NCBI GenBank assembly: GCA_001599295.1
Contig: BCGN01000009.1
Coordinates: 726,413 to 790,412, forward strand
Reading direction: 5' to 3'
Source of the DNA: Sporopachydermia quercuum
Taxonomy: Eukaryota
DNA length: 64,000 nucleotides
Within the stretch, counting starts at the first letter, position 1. The number at the start of each line of letters is the position of its first letter. Below the pieces are notes generated by a model. That model was not told the DNA's origin and did not search any database. It saw nothing but the letters and a program-made list of their open reading frames with translations. The position numbers were made by a program, and so were the translations under genes. This document shows positions 22,483-34,264 of the stretch, in pieces.

Positions 22483-25400
22483 TTTCAATTGATTGAGACA
22501 ATCTGGTTGATGTGTGATTGTATTCTAACAGTAATTTATCAACTGTTCGACCGAAGGATCTTGGACTGGTGACATCAAAAAAGGAACCTGAATCGTTTCG
22601 AATATTTTTCTGGCTGTTAATAGACCGCTCTCCCTTCAGCATTGTAAGTAAACATTTGATAAACATGTATTGAGAAAAGTATTAAGAGATGATAATTGTG
22701 TGCCCTCCAATCCTTTCTTCCCGCGAACTTTTCAAAATAAAACTAGATGCAATATTCATGCACAAAGGGTAAATCTAATAAAGTTTAATTTGTATTTGTT
22801 GTTGACTTGTTACTCATTTGCTGACCATAGAGATTATGGTATTAATCCTCAGTTATGTTAACTATATAGTGTTATTAATTGAAAGAATTACAAAGATATA
22901 AATAAAACGGATTTGAGTAAGTATTTATATTTATTAATCATGTCANAATGTATGAAATGTTCTTGATACTATTTCCAATCATTTTACTACTGTAGCTTGA
23001 TCATATTCTAACATTTTCAAAGTTAAGGTACAATGTAATGTAATGCAACTTAATGCAACTTTTATATAAGCTCAAACTCTTAAAGCTGGGGACCCTTGAA
23101 ATTACAGGGCTTCAAAAGAACCTTTATAGTAGATTTATGTCAAATATTCTTCTACCTTGTCAGATCATTATATGGAGTCAAACTGCGGTTCTCTCTTCAT
23201 TCACCGGTTGTTTGATACCTCTATAGTAAAATTGAAACGCAAATTAATTGAATGTAATACATGTGAGTATTTATATTATTTGGATATATGAATAACACGT
23301 TTTTTTCCATTGTCATTCTTTGTAGCTTGAGAAAGAGCAATGACAGATTACTTGTTACTCAACTGGTATTCTACATTCTACTTCGATTTTCTACGTTGTG
23401 GTTTTCTACTTACTATTTATAGTGCACCTAATGGATTGGATAAATGCTTCACATAGCGGGTAAATGAACCAACAACTGGCTTTATCGCAAGTAAAAGCTC
23501 TACTCTTGGCGTTCTTCCAATGACAACCACCATCTTGTAGTACATCATTTTGAAGATTTATAAAGACAGGTCGCTGATAAGATGCTCTCTGAAATATCGT
23601 CTGTGTTTTCATGCAGAAATCAGCTGAATATGCCGAAACCCTACTTTCTTTCGTAGGAAATTATTGCTAATGTCTGCCTTCAACAGAACACTCATCTTAG
23701 ATCATATGTGTTCTGTTGTTGTTGATAATTCGCATGAATCACACTGACCCAAGTTATCAAGAGATTGCTAGCGTTTCGAACAACATGGCTGTTCTAACGT
23801 TAGCTAATTGAGCGTTTGGCAATAAAGACAGCAGGGAGACAGTATAATAGTTTTCTTCATTTATGTTGACTATCACACATCCATTATTATGTGCGATTCC
23901 ATCAACTGTATGTTCCTATCTGTTCCTATATAGTTGTCTCAATAGTCTGTGACAAGATTGTCTCTCATACAATGTCTTACTATGACATGTCTCAATCTTC
24001 TATCATCGCATTTCTAATCTGATCTTTTAATATGATCAGTAAACGTATCATACAAATCAGTTAATTGATTGCCATTTTCCTGCTTCTATGTTTGGGCCTG
24101 ACAATAGCATCAGACTATCGTAGTGAATCTGACTAGACCAATAGGTTAGCGACGTAGCAGACCAGAATGTATCTACATGTTGTAAACAGGGTGTTGAACT
24201 CACTATGGACTCACTCATTTATCTATAAGCCAAATCAGAACCACTTGCTTCTGCTATTTCATTTCAAACCAATTGAAAAGAAAAACTGAAATACTCCATT
24301 TCTTTCTTCTTTGATGTAATTTCATTTTGCTTCAATTCAACCAGCTTATTTTGCCTCTTTTTATATCATTTTCATTCATTCCTCTTCTTCGATTGGTGCC
24401 CATTCTTTATCTACATGTACTTACTGTACATCGTTTTCCACTAATAAACTCGTCCTTGTTTGTTCAAACTACAACCAAGAAAATGCGTTATCAACAGGAT
24501 GCTTTCAGCAATAACACTTTTGAATCAAAGAACGTTGAGTCAAAAGACATCTATTAACAGGTCAAGAGAAAAAATAATAATTATTCTACTTATATTTGAT
24601 TAAAAGTGTCTACTAGTCAGGCAGTCAATCGACTCTTAGGAGTCTCAAGAAGATCAACAGGAAGGAATCTAAAAGTTAAATTTCTTTTGAAAAGAATATT
24701 AAGATTAAGATCTAATTGACCTGNAATTAGCTTCTTAAACTTTAATTGTGGTTAACAAGGCTAGTTGTGAGGAGATTATCTATTGACCATTTAGCAGAAG
24801 CAGTGAAGGAGAGAATATATCCACATACTAATACCAGTGTAATTGGGTTAATAAGAAGAACATGTTCAAGAGTAATTCTGGGAGCACATAATACAAAGCG
24901 TATAGTGAATGTATAGCATTATTTATGACTTGGAAGTATTAACTACCGTAATCTGGAGTCGTCCATCCAGTATTGTATGCCGAAGGTACACAAACAAACT
25001 CTGTGTGAGCCAAACTTAATCTCTGTACGTAAGAAAGATCATTGTGCTTCCGCCTTGTGGAGTCCCTGTTACTTTCGCTATCCATTGAACTTGCAACTAA
25101 GAAGGAAGGATTTGATGAAGGAAAACAGAATGAAAGAAGCAGAAAATACCAGCCATATTCAAAGGTATCGGCAGAGTATCTGCAGAAGAAGCAGAAATAG
25201 CTGGCTTGTAGTTTGAATAGTTCAGTTCCTGTTCACTTCCACTGTGTTTTCGTTTGGCGATTGTTTGAAACGAAAGCTAGCAAGAGAACAAACAAGTGAT
25301 TCAAACAAGCACAGCAAGAGCTAAAAGAGCACGCATGAAGCGAAGCTATATAGCGAAGGAAACGAAGGACAATTGAGCCAACAAGATATACGGCAGTTCA

Positions 25401-26314
25401 TAGAAAATAAACCGCTTTGAAAGCTGAATTTTTGCTCAGGTTTTGGTAGTTCCCTTGAAAGCGAATAATTGCTTGAGGTACAGTCAGTTAGTTGTTGATT
25501 TATTCGCCTCAAGAATCGAATCAAACGATTGAATGCATGACTAGCTGTTCGGTTATTTTGTAAATTGGGAGACTTTCGGATCAATTTTGCTGGCTGTTTA
25601 ATCAAACAGTAAACGAATAGAACGGAGATCAAGCTGAAAGCAAATATAGCATTAAGTGTATAGAAGAGGAGGAAAGAGAAAGGTACAGTTGATTGTCGGC
25701 AAATAGTTGAATCTGTTGAGCATTTCGATAAAGCGTTTGTTTGAGCATTTCGTAAGTAAGTGTATTGTTAAAGAGCATTGGATAAAGGAGGATGTGAGAG
25801 GATGAATTTAGAAAGAATGAGCTGTTCCTTGTGAAGTCAAAGGTTCGGATGAACATGAACATGAACATGAATACAAGTGACGATGGATGTCTTTTTAATG
25901 GAGTATCAAATATGCTGTGCTGATATTGTCTAGTCAATATCAAACAAATGTTTGACCAATGCAACTGAATTCCCGTAATTACTGAACTAAGGGGGAACGT
26001 TCCAGCTACTGTTCCTGTCCAAAAGGCAGTCACACTATGTTGCATTGAAATAGACAATCAGGAAGATATTCAGTCCACGGACATAACTGATTCAGCAATG
26101 TGTTTCCATTGAAGCATCAGTAAGAATAACTCCACAGAAAACGACGATTCCTATCAACACGTAACAACAGAGAATCAGCAGTTTATTCCTCTCTTTATCT
26201 GTGCGCACGCTTCTATTTTACTAAGTTTGGTACTAACGAAGCTCCTTCAGTTTCCATTTACATGTCATATGATTGCATCTGATTATTATCATATCGTCTA
26301 TTAGATACTGATTT

Positions 26315-26389
26315 GTATGTTCCTGCTATAATCTAGCTACTAGTTCCTGCACTACCTCTATTTCTGCTACTTACTAACAGCACTGCTAG
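26315..26389 (+). other. 5'-UTR spliceosomal intron of glycogen synthase
   Basis: GTATGT at 26315, TACTAAC at 26372-26378, acceptor TAG 26387-26389 (or CAG at 26380), about 10 nt before the ATG. Confidence 0.7.
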
Positions 26390-26398
26390 AACTTCAAC

Positions 26399-28456
26399 AT
26401 GACAAGAGACGTAAAAAACCACATCCTGTTTGAAGTGGCAACAGAAGTGGCCAACAGAGTAGGAGGGATCTATTCAGTACTCAAATCAAAAGCTCCAGTA
26501 ACATCTTCAGAATATGGCGATCGATACTGCTTATTGGGCCCTCTGAATCCTCAAACCGCAAGTGTAGAAGTTGAAGAGCTGGAACCAAAAGACCCTCATC
26601 TCAGCGAATCGTTGAAATCAATGTCGGAAAGAGGTATTAAGTATCTCTATGGAAGATGGCTCATTGAAGGTGCTCCAGCAGTACTATTATTTGATACCGG
26701 CTCGGCATACAACCATTTGGACGAATGGAAATCCGACTTATGGACTACGGCTGGGATCCCCACTCCACCCTCGGATGCTGAAACCAATGAAGCGATTGTC
26801 TTTGGTTATCTTGTTGCTTGGTTTCTAGGTGAATATGTCTGTCACAACCGTGAACAGGCAGTCGTTACCCATTTCCATGAATGGTTATCTGGTGTTGCCT
26901 TGCCGTTATGCAGAAAGCGGAGAATCGACGTCACGACAATATTCACTACTCATGCCACGCTGTTAGGCCGTTATTTATGTGCAGGATCTGTCGATTTCTA
27001 CAACCATCTCCAGTATTTCGACGTCGACGCGGAAGCAGGTAAAAGAGGTATCTACCACCGATACTGTATTGAAAGAGCAGCTGCCCATTCGGCTGATGTT
27101 TTCACCACTGTTTCCCACATCACTGCGTATGAAGCTGAGCATTTGCTTAAGCGGAAACCCGATGGTGTTTTGCCCAACGGTTTGAACGTTGTCAAGTTCA
27201 GTGCTGTCCACGAGTTTCAGAACCTCCACGCCATTAAGAAGGAGAAAATCAATGAATTCATCCGGGGACATTTCTACGGCCATTACGACTTTGATCTCGA
27301 CGACACGTTGTATTTTTTCACTGCTGGAAGATACGAGTATCGCAACAAAGGTGTTGATTTCTTCATTGAGTCCCTAGCAAGGCTCAACCATCTTTTGAAA
27401 GTGAATAACAGCAAGAAAACGGTTGTAGCGTTCATCATCATGCCTGCAGCTACCCACTCTTATACTGTTGAGACTCTCAAGGGCCAAGCAGTCATTAGAT
27501 CGCTAGAAACCACTGTAAAGGAAATCCAGCTGTCGATTGGCAAAAGACTCTTCGAACTGTGCGCGCGAGACACTCATCCTGAAAGCCAGTCGTCCTCATT
27601 GTTTGATGAGTCCAGCCTTCTGACGCCTTCGGATAAAGTGCTGTTGAAAAGACGTGTGTTTGCCTTGAAAAGGTCCACACTGCCTCCTATTGTCACCCAT
27701 AACATGGCAGACGACTCGACAGATCCTATTTTGAATCAAATCCGCAGGGTGCAGCTGTTCAACCATCCTTCTGACAGAGTGAAAATAATCTTCCATCCTG
27801 AATTTCTAAGTGCCAACAATCCTATTCTTTCTCTTGATTATGATGATTTTGTCCGGGGCTGTCATTTGGGGGTGTTCCCTTCCTATTACGAGCCTTGGGG
27901 ATACACTCCGGCAGAATGCACTGTAATGGGCGTTCCTTCTATCACTACCAATCTATCAGGATTCGGCTGCTATATGGATGATTTGATTTCCCATTCGAGC
28001 GACTATGGTATTTATATTGTTGACCGGCGAATGAAATCTATTGATGAGTCGATTGATCAGCTGACTCACCAGATGTTTGATTTCACTAAGAAAACCAGAA
28101 GACAGAGAATTAACCAGCGGAATAGAACTGAGCGATTGAGCGATCTGCTCGATTGGAAGAGAATGGGCTTGGAGTACATTAAAGCCCGTCAGTTGGCGTT
28201 GAGAAGGGCTTATCCCAGTGCTAAATTTGAGGAAATCAAAGCTCCCGAATCGTCACCTGAAGGCAAGGGCAATACCAACGGTGTGAACGTGATGACACCT
28301 GGGGATTTTGGCAGTTTAGGGGAAGTGCGCGAATCTCTTGGTACTGAAGATTACGTTGGGTTTAAACTAGGTGATACAGGTGAAGATGAGAGGATGGTGT
28401 ATCCGTTAAGTCTGAAGAGCAGGAAAGGAAGTATTGGAGGAATAGGTGACCAGTAA
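26399..28456 (+). CDS. GSY2: Glycogen synthase (GT3 family, Gsy1/Gsy2 type)
   Basis: [75 protein letters not shown]. Confidence 0.96.
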   Translation: MTRDVKNHILFEVATEVANRVGGIYSVLKSKAPVTSSEYGDRYCLLGPLNPQTASVEVEELEPKDPHLSESLKSMSERGIKYLYGRWLIEGAPAVLLFDTGSAYNHLDEWKSDLWTTAGIPTPPSDAETNEAIVFGYLVAWFLGEYVCHNREQAVVTHFHEWLSGVALPLCRKRRIDVTTIFTTHATLLGRYLCAGSVDFYNHLQYFDVDAEAGKRGIYHRYCIERAAAHSADVFTTVSHITAYEAEHLLKRKPDGVLPNGLNVVKFSAVHEFQNLHAIKKEKINEFIRGHFYGHYDFDLDDTLYFFTAGRYEYRNKGVDFFIESLARLNHLLKVNNSKKTVVAFIIMPAATHSYTVETLKGQAVIRSLETTVKEIQLSIGKRLFELCARDTHPESQSSSLFDESSLLTPSDKVLLKRRVFALKRSTLPPIVTHNMADDSTDPILNQIRRVQLFNHPSDRVKIIFHPEFLSANNPILSLDYDDFVRGCHLGVFPSYYEPWGYTPAECTVMGVPSITTNLSGFGCYMDDLISHSSDYGIYIVDRRMKSIDESIDQLTHQMFDFTKKTRRQRINQRNRTERLSDLLDWKRMGLEYIKARQLALRRAYPSAKFEEIKAPESSPEGKGNTNGVNVMTPGDFGSLGEVRESLGTEDYVGFKLGDTGEDERMVYPLSLKSRKGSIGGIGDQ

Positions 28457-29359
28457 CTGTGGGAGGATGTGAGGATGTTTGATGATGGAGACCTGATCAG
28501 ATGAGGAAAAGCTAGATGCAGAAGAAAAGAGAACAGTAGTATACTAATAATGCATATGCAATCATTGGCAATGACAATAGCAATAGCAACGTGTATTGTC
28601 TAATACTATAATAAATTAATCTTTAATATCAGAAGGAAATAGAAGCAAGTGTAGATGTAAGTAGAAAGGCAGCAGATATAAGCAGAAACTGTAGGATGGG
28701 GGGTTGCATAGTATATAAGTGTTCACTTGATTGGATGCTTAAGTGTTTGAATACTGTGTGAATTTGAACAATTGAAGATTTATTTAAATGGTTAAGTATC
28801 TATTCGAATGATTAGATCTCTGTTTGAATGTTTGAATGTTTGAATATTTGGTTGATGTGCATGAATACTGTTGATCATAAAGGCAAGAATAGACACTTAT
28901 TTAGACGTTTGAATATTCATTTAAATGTCTGAATATCGAATAAAATGCTTAAACGTTGAATGCTTGTTTCTCTCGTTGTCCACGTAGCGGCAGCTGGACA
29001 TATTCTAGAGACATTTAATACACAGTGTCACCAGTAGATACATTATTCACTCACGCTTGGATATTCTCCAAAAGAAGTAGACAGATTACTATACACCATT
29101 AGCATAATGTCATAAAACCCGATCACTACTACTTATCGTTCTTCCTACTATTGCTGTTTTTATTGCAGTTATCAGCTTTCAGGGCATATTTACTATTGGN
29201 GAGTATATAATAGCCCCTGGAGCATTACTCACCGCATGTAGGTAAAACTTCCACAACCAAATGTATGTGTGCTTCAGGTATTATATCTTTCAGTACTTGA
29301 CAAGTTATAGTACGAAATATATGTATTATAATATAAGAAGCCTAGTAAATTAATAAATT

Positions 29360-30300
29360 CTATTAATTGCTATGGTTTCTTGCTTTTTCTTTAGGGGAAT
29401 TACATTGACGGAAATCGAAGGATTTTCCTTGTATATACCAACAGTGAAGTTGGCTTCTTCCATCTCCTCTGCTAGCCCTTCAGCTTTCTCTTTCTCTGCT
29501 ACTCAGGCAGCCAAGAAATCGTGTGAATCACGCTGGAAGTTAGACGATGAATAGATTGATAGGTCCTTTCTATAGCAATTAGGTAGGAAGTGTGTTAAGC
29601 CGATGCTAAGCCAATTGATGAGGTCACCGATTGAATGGCTTGGATTATAAGTATTTCGACATTTCGACATTTCCCAGTCACTGGTAACAGAGCGAACGTA
29701 ATGGTAGCAAAANGAAGAGATACAAGATAATTCAACAGTTCAATAATATGGCAACCGTAACAAACCAGTAAACTGTTCAGATGTAAGCCTTCTATATAGT
29801 CGAAACTCCAAACAATTATAGTTTGTTTGTATTTTAATCCTCTCACTGCTTCATTACACTTTCATGGTTGACCTTAATAACAAAATAAACAGCTCGCTTT
29901 GCATTGCGTTTGTTTGCTGTAGTAGCGTTTTCCTCCTCTGGCATGCTTCTTACTGTAAAAGCGTTTCCAGATTTACGATCAAGCGCTATGGCAATCTGTA
30001 GAGATGCTGTAGATCCAAGAGTTTTCCCAGAATCTAGAATGGGATGGGATAGCACGATGTTGCGTTTCAAGGGACCAGCCACTAGTCCAATTTCTTCATT
30101 TCATGTTCATTATCCTCTTCATCGGCATCGCTGATTGCATTCTCCTCTCCAAGTGGCCATTGTTATCAAAACTTTTACCAATGAAAGCTCCAACAGTTGC
30201 ACTTCCTCTTCTTACAGCATCAGATATACTACTATTTCCTGGTGCTACATATTCCAGAGTAGAGGAATTAGTTGAAGAGGAACCAGTCCTAATGCAAACC
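29360..30300 (-). pseudogene. Possible decayed membrane-transporter (MFS/Dal5-like) relic
   Basis: Frameshifted, stop-containing peptides EHEMKKLD*WLVP, ALDRKSGNAFT and hydrophobic TVYWFVTVAILL/FATITFALL in colinear order. Confidence 0.3.
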
Positions 30301-30505
30301 TGGGAAGATCACGGAGCATTATTTTTTGTTAGAGCAGCTCAACCTCGAACCCTCAAGCATATTAAGTGTTTCTAATGTTCACGGTAGTCCCGTTTGCAAC
30401 TGTAAGCCTAGAAGGACGTCTGGATAGGGCAACAAGTTGAGCAGTACAGTCGGCAACTCTTCCACTTGAGAAAGGAGAATTGATAGGAAATACGAGGCAA
30501 ATACC

Positions 30506-30557
30506 AGGCGAATGAACAGGTGAATAAACAGGTGAATAAACAGGCGAATGAACAGGT
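30506..30557. repeat. 12-bp minisatellite (CAGGYGAATRAA) x~4
   Basis: caggcgaatgaa caggtgaataaa caggtgaataaa caggcgaatgaa caggt read directly. Confidence 0.85.
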
Positions 30558-30740
30558 AAAGATAGTCCTGAAGGTGATTCAGAAAATTCATTGAACTGTC
30601 ACTAATAATTCCGTAAAAAGGTAGAGATGTGAAGTTTGAGGCACTGTACCTGCTACTTTAATCGTCGTTTTGATCAACGATGGGAGTCTTGATGATTTAG
30701 ACAGAACTTTGGTTGGAATCAAATAGCAGCAAGGAAACAG

Positions 30741-32213
30741 CTATGGAAATGAAACATTCTGCACCTCAGAATACGCCTTCAGCTTGTTTTCCGTGAACCT
30801 GCTTATAAGGTCCAGATCCCAGCACGCCTTTGACAGCGCAAGAGCCTTCACATCGTCCTCCCTGTCCAGTTTTTTATACTCCCAGTATAGGGTTTCCACT
30901 TCTTTGGCTTCGGCCTTCATATCGCCGAAACAGCCAGCCAAAGACCACTTTTTCGCTGTTTCCTCTGGAATTATCTCGTTGCTATCTCTGGCAGCCATAG
31001 GTGTTCCTGAAGCTGGCGGTGGCGGAGGAATAGCATGAGAATGGTTTGATACCGCGATAGCCCTGGGAGTTCGCGATGGGCCTCCGGANGTTCCTCCCGA
31101 AAAGCCTGCGTCCCCATGCCGCTTCTCGCCCGCGTTGTTGTTCGCTGTAGTGCCCGAGCTGCTATGGCTGTTGATGCTATTCGTGGTGTGGATACTGGGA
31201 CTAGAATAGCTGCTAGCGCTATTGGCAGAGTGAAAAGAGGCCCTTGGAGGAATATCAGAGCTCTGTCTGTTGGGAGGAAACGACTCCCGATGTCTTCTGG
31301 GTCCTGACGGTGCACCTGAAGGGTCAGTATGGTTATTATTGGTGGTAGTGCTGTTGTATGACCTTCTATGTGTCTCTGGGTAATTGCTGGACCCTCTCCA
31401 GCTACTATTGCCAGTAGCTTTGACACTATCGCGTTCTCTGTGACTGTTATTAACGTTTCTACTGTATGAAGGTCCCTCCACAGATCTTCTGCTGTTTCTG
31501 GGATCGCTCCTGTGCTCATCTAGACCCTCTCTACTTCTTCTATTGTCTCTGTAAGGGCTATTTCGGTCGTTGTCCCAGTTTGAATACCCTCTAGGGCCTG
31601 GCGGAGGTCTAGAACCCGGGAAATCAGGCTTGCTGTCCCCTCGAGTGTCTCTGTATGCGCTTTGTTCTTCCAGAAAAGGCCTTGAAGTCTTTGTAGAGCC
31701 TGAAGGTCCTGAGGGATCATTAGCATCAATACTATTGCTATCATTGTTTTCCTCTCTATCAGCATGGTATTCTCTTTCTCTATCTAGACCCTGGGGATCT
31801 CTTGAGTCTTGCCCGCGTTGTCCATAGTTGTATCCGTCTTCATTTCGTCCGTTTGGCTGCTGATAATGACCATTAGAACTCCTGTCATAGCTATCACTGC
31901 TTCTATTGGGCCCCGGGTACGAATATCTGCCTTTGGATCCGCCAGATCCTCCTCTTCCTCTGTAGCTATTATAATCGGGTCTTCTGTATTCTGAGTAGTC
32001 CCTTCTGTATCTTGGATCCGAAGGTTTTCCGATTTTTGGGTAGTCTCTGCTAAAAAATAACGTTAGTGGTGAGCGAATAGGATGGTACTCCATGGATAGA
32101 GTGTCATGCTGTTTCGTGTTTTGTGTTTCGTGCTTTGTGCTGCTGCAAACGGGAGGCAAGACAAGCAAATCAAAGTGAACATACTTTGGGGGAAAATAGG
32201 GTCTTTCAGACAT
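30741..32213 (-). CDS. R/Y/G/S-rich disordered protein with C-terminal helical segment, Lge1-like architecture; exon 1 32213-32185, intron 32184-32050, exon 2 32049-30741
   Basis: ATGTCT...CCAAA|GTATGT donor, CACTAAC branch, TAG acceptor. N-terminal YRGRGGSGG low-complexity region and C-terminal coiled-coil-like AKEVETLY...LDLISRFTENKL. The CDS is solid; the Lge1 identity is tentative. Confidence 0.7.
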   Translation of the reverse strand: MSERPYFPPKYVHFDLLVLPPVCSSTKHETQNTKQHDTLSMEYHPIRSPLTLFFSRDYPKIGKPSDPRYRRDYSEYRRPDYNSYRGRGGSGGSKGRYSYPGPNRSSDSYDRSSNGHYQQPNGRNEDGYNYGQRGQDSRDPQGLDREREYHADREENNDSNSIDANDPSGPSGSTKTSRPFLEEQSAYRDTRGDSKPDFPGSRPPPGPRGYSNWDNDRNSPYRDNRRSREGLDEHRSDPRNSRRSVEGPSYSRNVNNSHRERDSVKATGNSSWRGSSNYPETHRRSYNSTTTNNNHTDPSGAPSGPRRHRESFPPNRQSSDIPPRASFHSANSASSYSSPSIHTTNSINSHSSSGTTANNNAGEKRHGDAGFSGGXSGGPSRTPRAIAVSNHSHAIPPPPPASGTPMAARDSNEIIPEETAKKWSLAGCFGDMKAEAKEVETLYWEYKKLDREDDVKALALSKACWDLDLISRFTENKLKAYSEVQNVSFP

Positions 32214-33739
32214 TTTGGACCAAAAACAGCGCAATAAACAGTAATATTTGCTGAAATGATAACAACAAGTAGTTTGCCTGAATGTGGAGTGTGTACGGCA
32301 AATGCTGCTGTTGATAGTAACTATAGTACAATAAATACAAGACAGAGTCGGTAAATGTAGCTGGTAGTATANGAGCTGTTTGGTGGAGATAGTAAGCTGC
32401 TATGCCAAGGACATTTCCATAGTAGTTGATGGTATCTGATAATAAGGATAAAAATGGACTGATTAGAAAATCTATAATGAATAGCAGGAGAGTTTTGGCG
32501 CTGAAAGAGCGCAGAGTCTGAGAAGGGATAATTCTGGTACCTATTTTGGGACGGAATTGTTGGCTCTGATTCAGGGGGGCCGTTGTGGAGACTTTTGGGT
32601 GTGACATTTGAAGGGAAATAGTGATTATTTGGGCTGTCATATGAAGGTAAAATAATGATTATTTCATGACACGAATTACAGGTGAAGGTGGTGCGGTTAG
32701 CATATGAAGATGGCATTCATAATGAACCACTAGATAAATATACAACCGCTTCCCCGAAACCTGAAAAATATGATTCTGTATGCAATGGAACCAGTACCAT
32801 CAGAACAAGGATCACGTTGTTTTTTGAGTGCAGGCTTCAGTATACTTCAGAGCATATAGTCCAAGATGGATGCTACTTTATCTAGACTGCTTTTCAAATA
32901 TGCTTCTGGCAGTGTAGTACACTCTCAAAATTTTCATGCTCCAGCGAATGAAAGGTTTCATACTCTTCAAACAGGAACTTCAATAGGAGTAGAATCAGTC
33001 ACCTAACATACGTTTGTATTTGGATCTATCATCAATGGCCGTTGAATTCAGAATCAGGCAGCTATTTCAATGATTCACATAACACCATAAAACTTACTGA
33101 ATATCTAGTAAATAAATAGTACATAAATTCAACTGGTTATTAATGCTTCCATTTGATGCATTGCTAGCTCTTTATCATTCAGTTGCTATCAGGAGCAGCT
33201 GATTTCACAATTTCCCCTACTGAATTCTTCTCAAACAGAATGAATTATTGTTAAATGTTCCGCTAATGAAAGCATTTTATTGTCTTGAACCTAATTATAA
33301 TGCTAAATCTCTATATTCTATGAACTATTATGCTTGATATTTTGATTTGATGTATGTTGAATGAAGAGTGAATGTGCTTAAATGAGTGCATGAAGTGTAC
33401 TAGCGGAAATCAGTAGTCGCTTAGTCATAGTGAAGGAGCACCATAAACCGTTGAAAAGCAGATGAAAAACAGTTGAACATCCAATCAAACACTCTACACG
33501 AGTGCATTCCGCAAGCGTATGCCAATAGGTTATTTGAAGGTATCCTATCCATACAATTCAACACTAATCCTATTCCTCATTCAATAGAACTAGCTGGAGA
33601 GAGACTAAGAAAAAAGAGTCAAATAATGACAGGATTCTGATTCGGGAGCATCTCTTTCCAAACGTGATGATTGCCCCTGACAGTTAAAATGTTACGAACT
33701 TCCGTAGTACTTGCTTGATACTATCCGATACTACCATCA

Positions 33740-34070
33740 GTATTCAGGTTGAATGTTGCATCCAGAAATATACAAATTAATAATCCCTGGTTTCGGAATT
33801 ATCTCCCGGTCCTCTGATTTCTCTCACCTCCAGCACTTTCAAATCCAGTCTGAAGTCTAAGGACGGCGGAGCCTCCGACCAATGCTTCCCCTACTTGTTT
33901 GCGCTAGTCAACNTTTTGATGTTCTTAGTGCAGTTTCCGTTAGTCTAGTAATCGAGCTCTATTGAATGAGAATTGATTTTCGTGTATTAAAATTAATGCA
34001 AATGTTTAGTTTAGTGAATGAAGATGAGTTTCGATGCCAGAGAATGGCTATCGTGTCCAATTTTCATACA
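33740..34070 (-). mobile_element. Possible highly degenerate Ty3/gypsy integrase C-terminal relic
   Basis: One frame reads KINSHSIELDY*TNGNCTKNIKXL...WSEAPP...EVREIRG...ETRDY*FVYFWMQHST, loosely colinear with the region after GPY/F in yeast Ty3-like integrases as recalled. No LTR seen. Confidence 0.25.
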
Positions 34071-34264
34071 ATATCTGGGATGTCCTGCGATCTAATTGAT
34101 GGAACCGCTAGAACGTTTACAAAGCAGAAATTCTCAAGCGTACCGAGAAAAGAATGGGCACTATGAGTAAAAGACAATGAACACCCCTGCTTTTCTTCTT
34201 TTTCTTCTTCTTCTGCTTCCCATATTAGTCTGTCTTCTTATGCTTCATTGGCCTTTAAGTTCAC

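Noticed and set aside
23340..23760. Short minus-strand ORFs in the MAK31-GSY gap
   Set aside because: No recognisable motif, splice structure or consistent frame.
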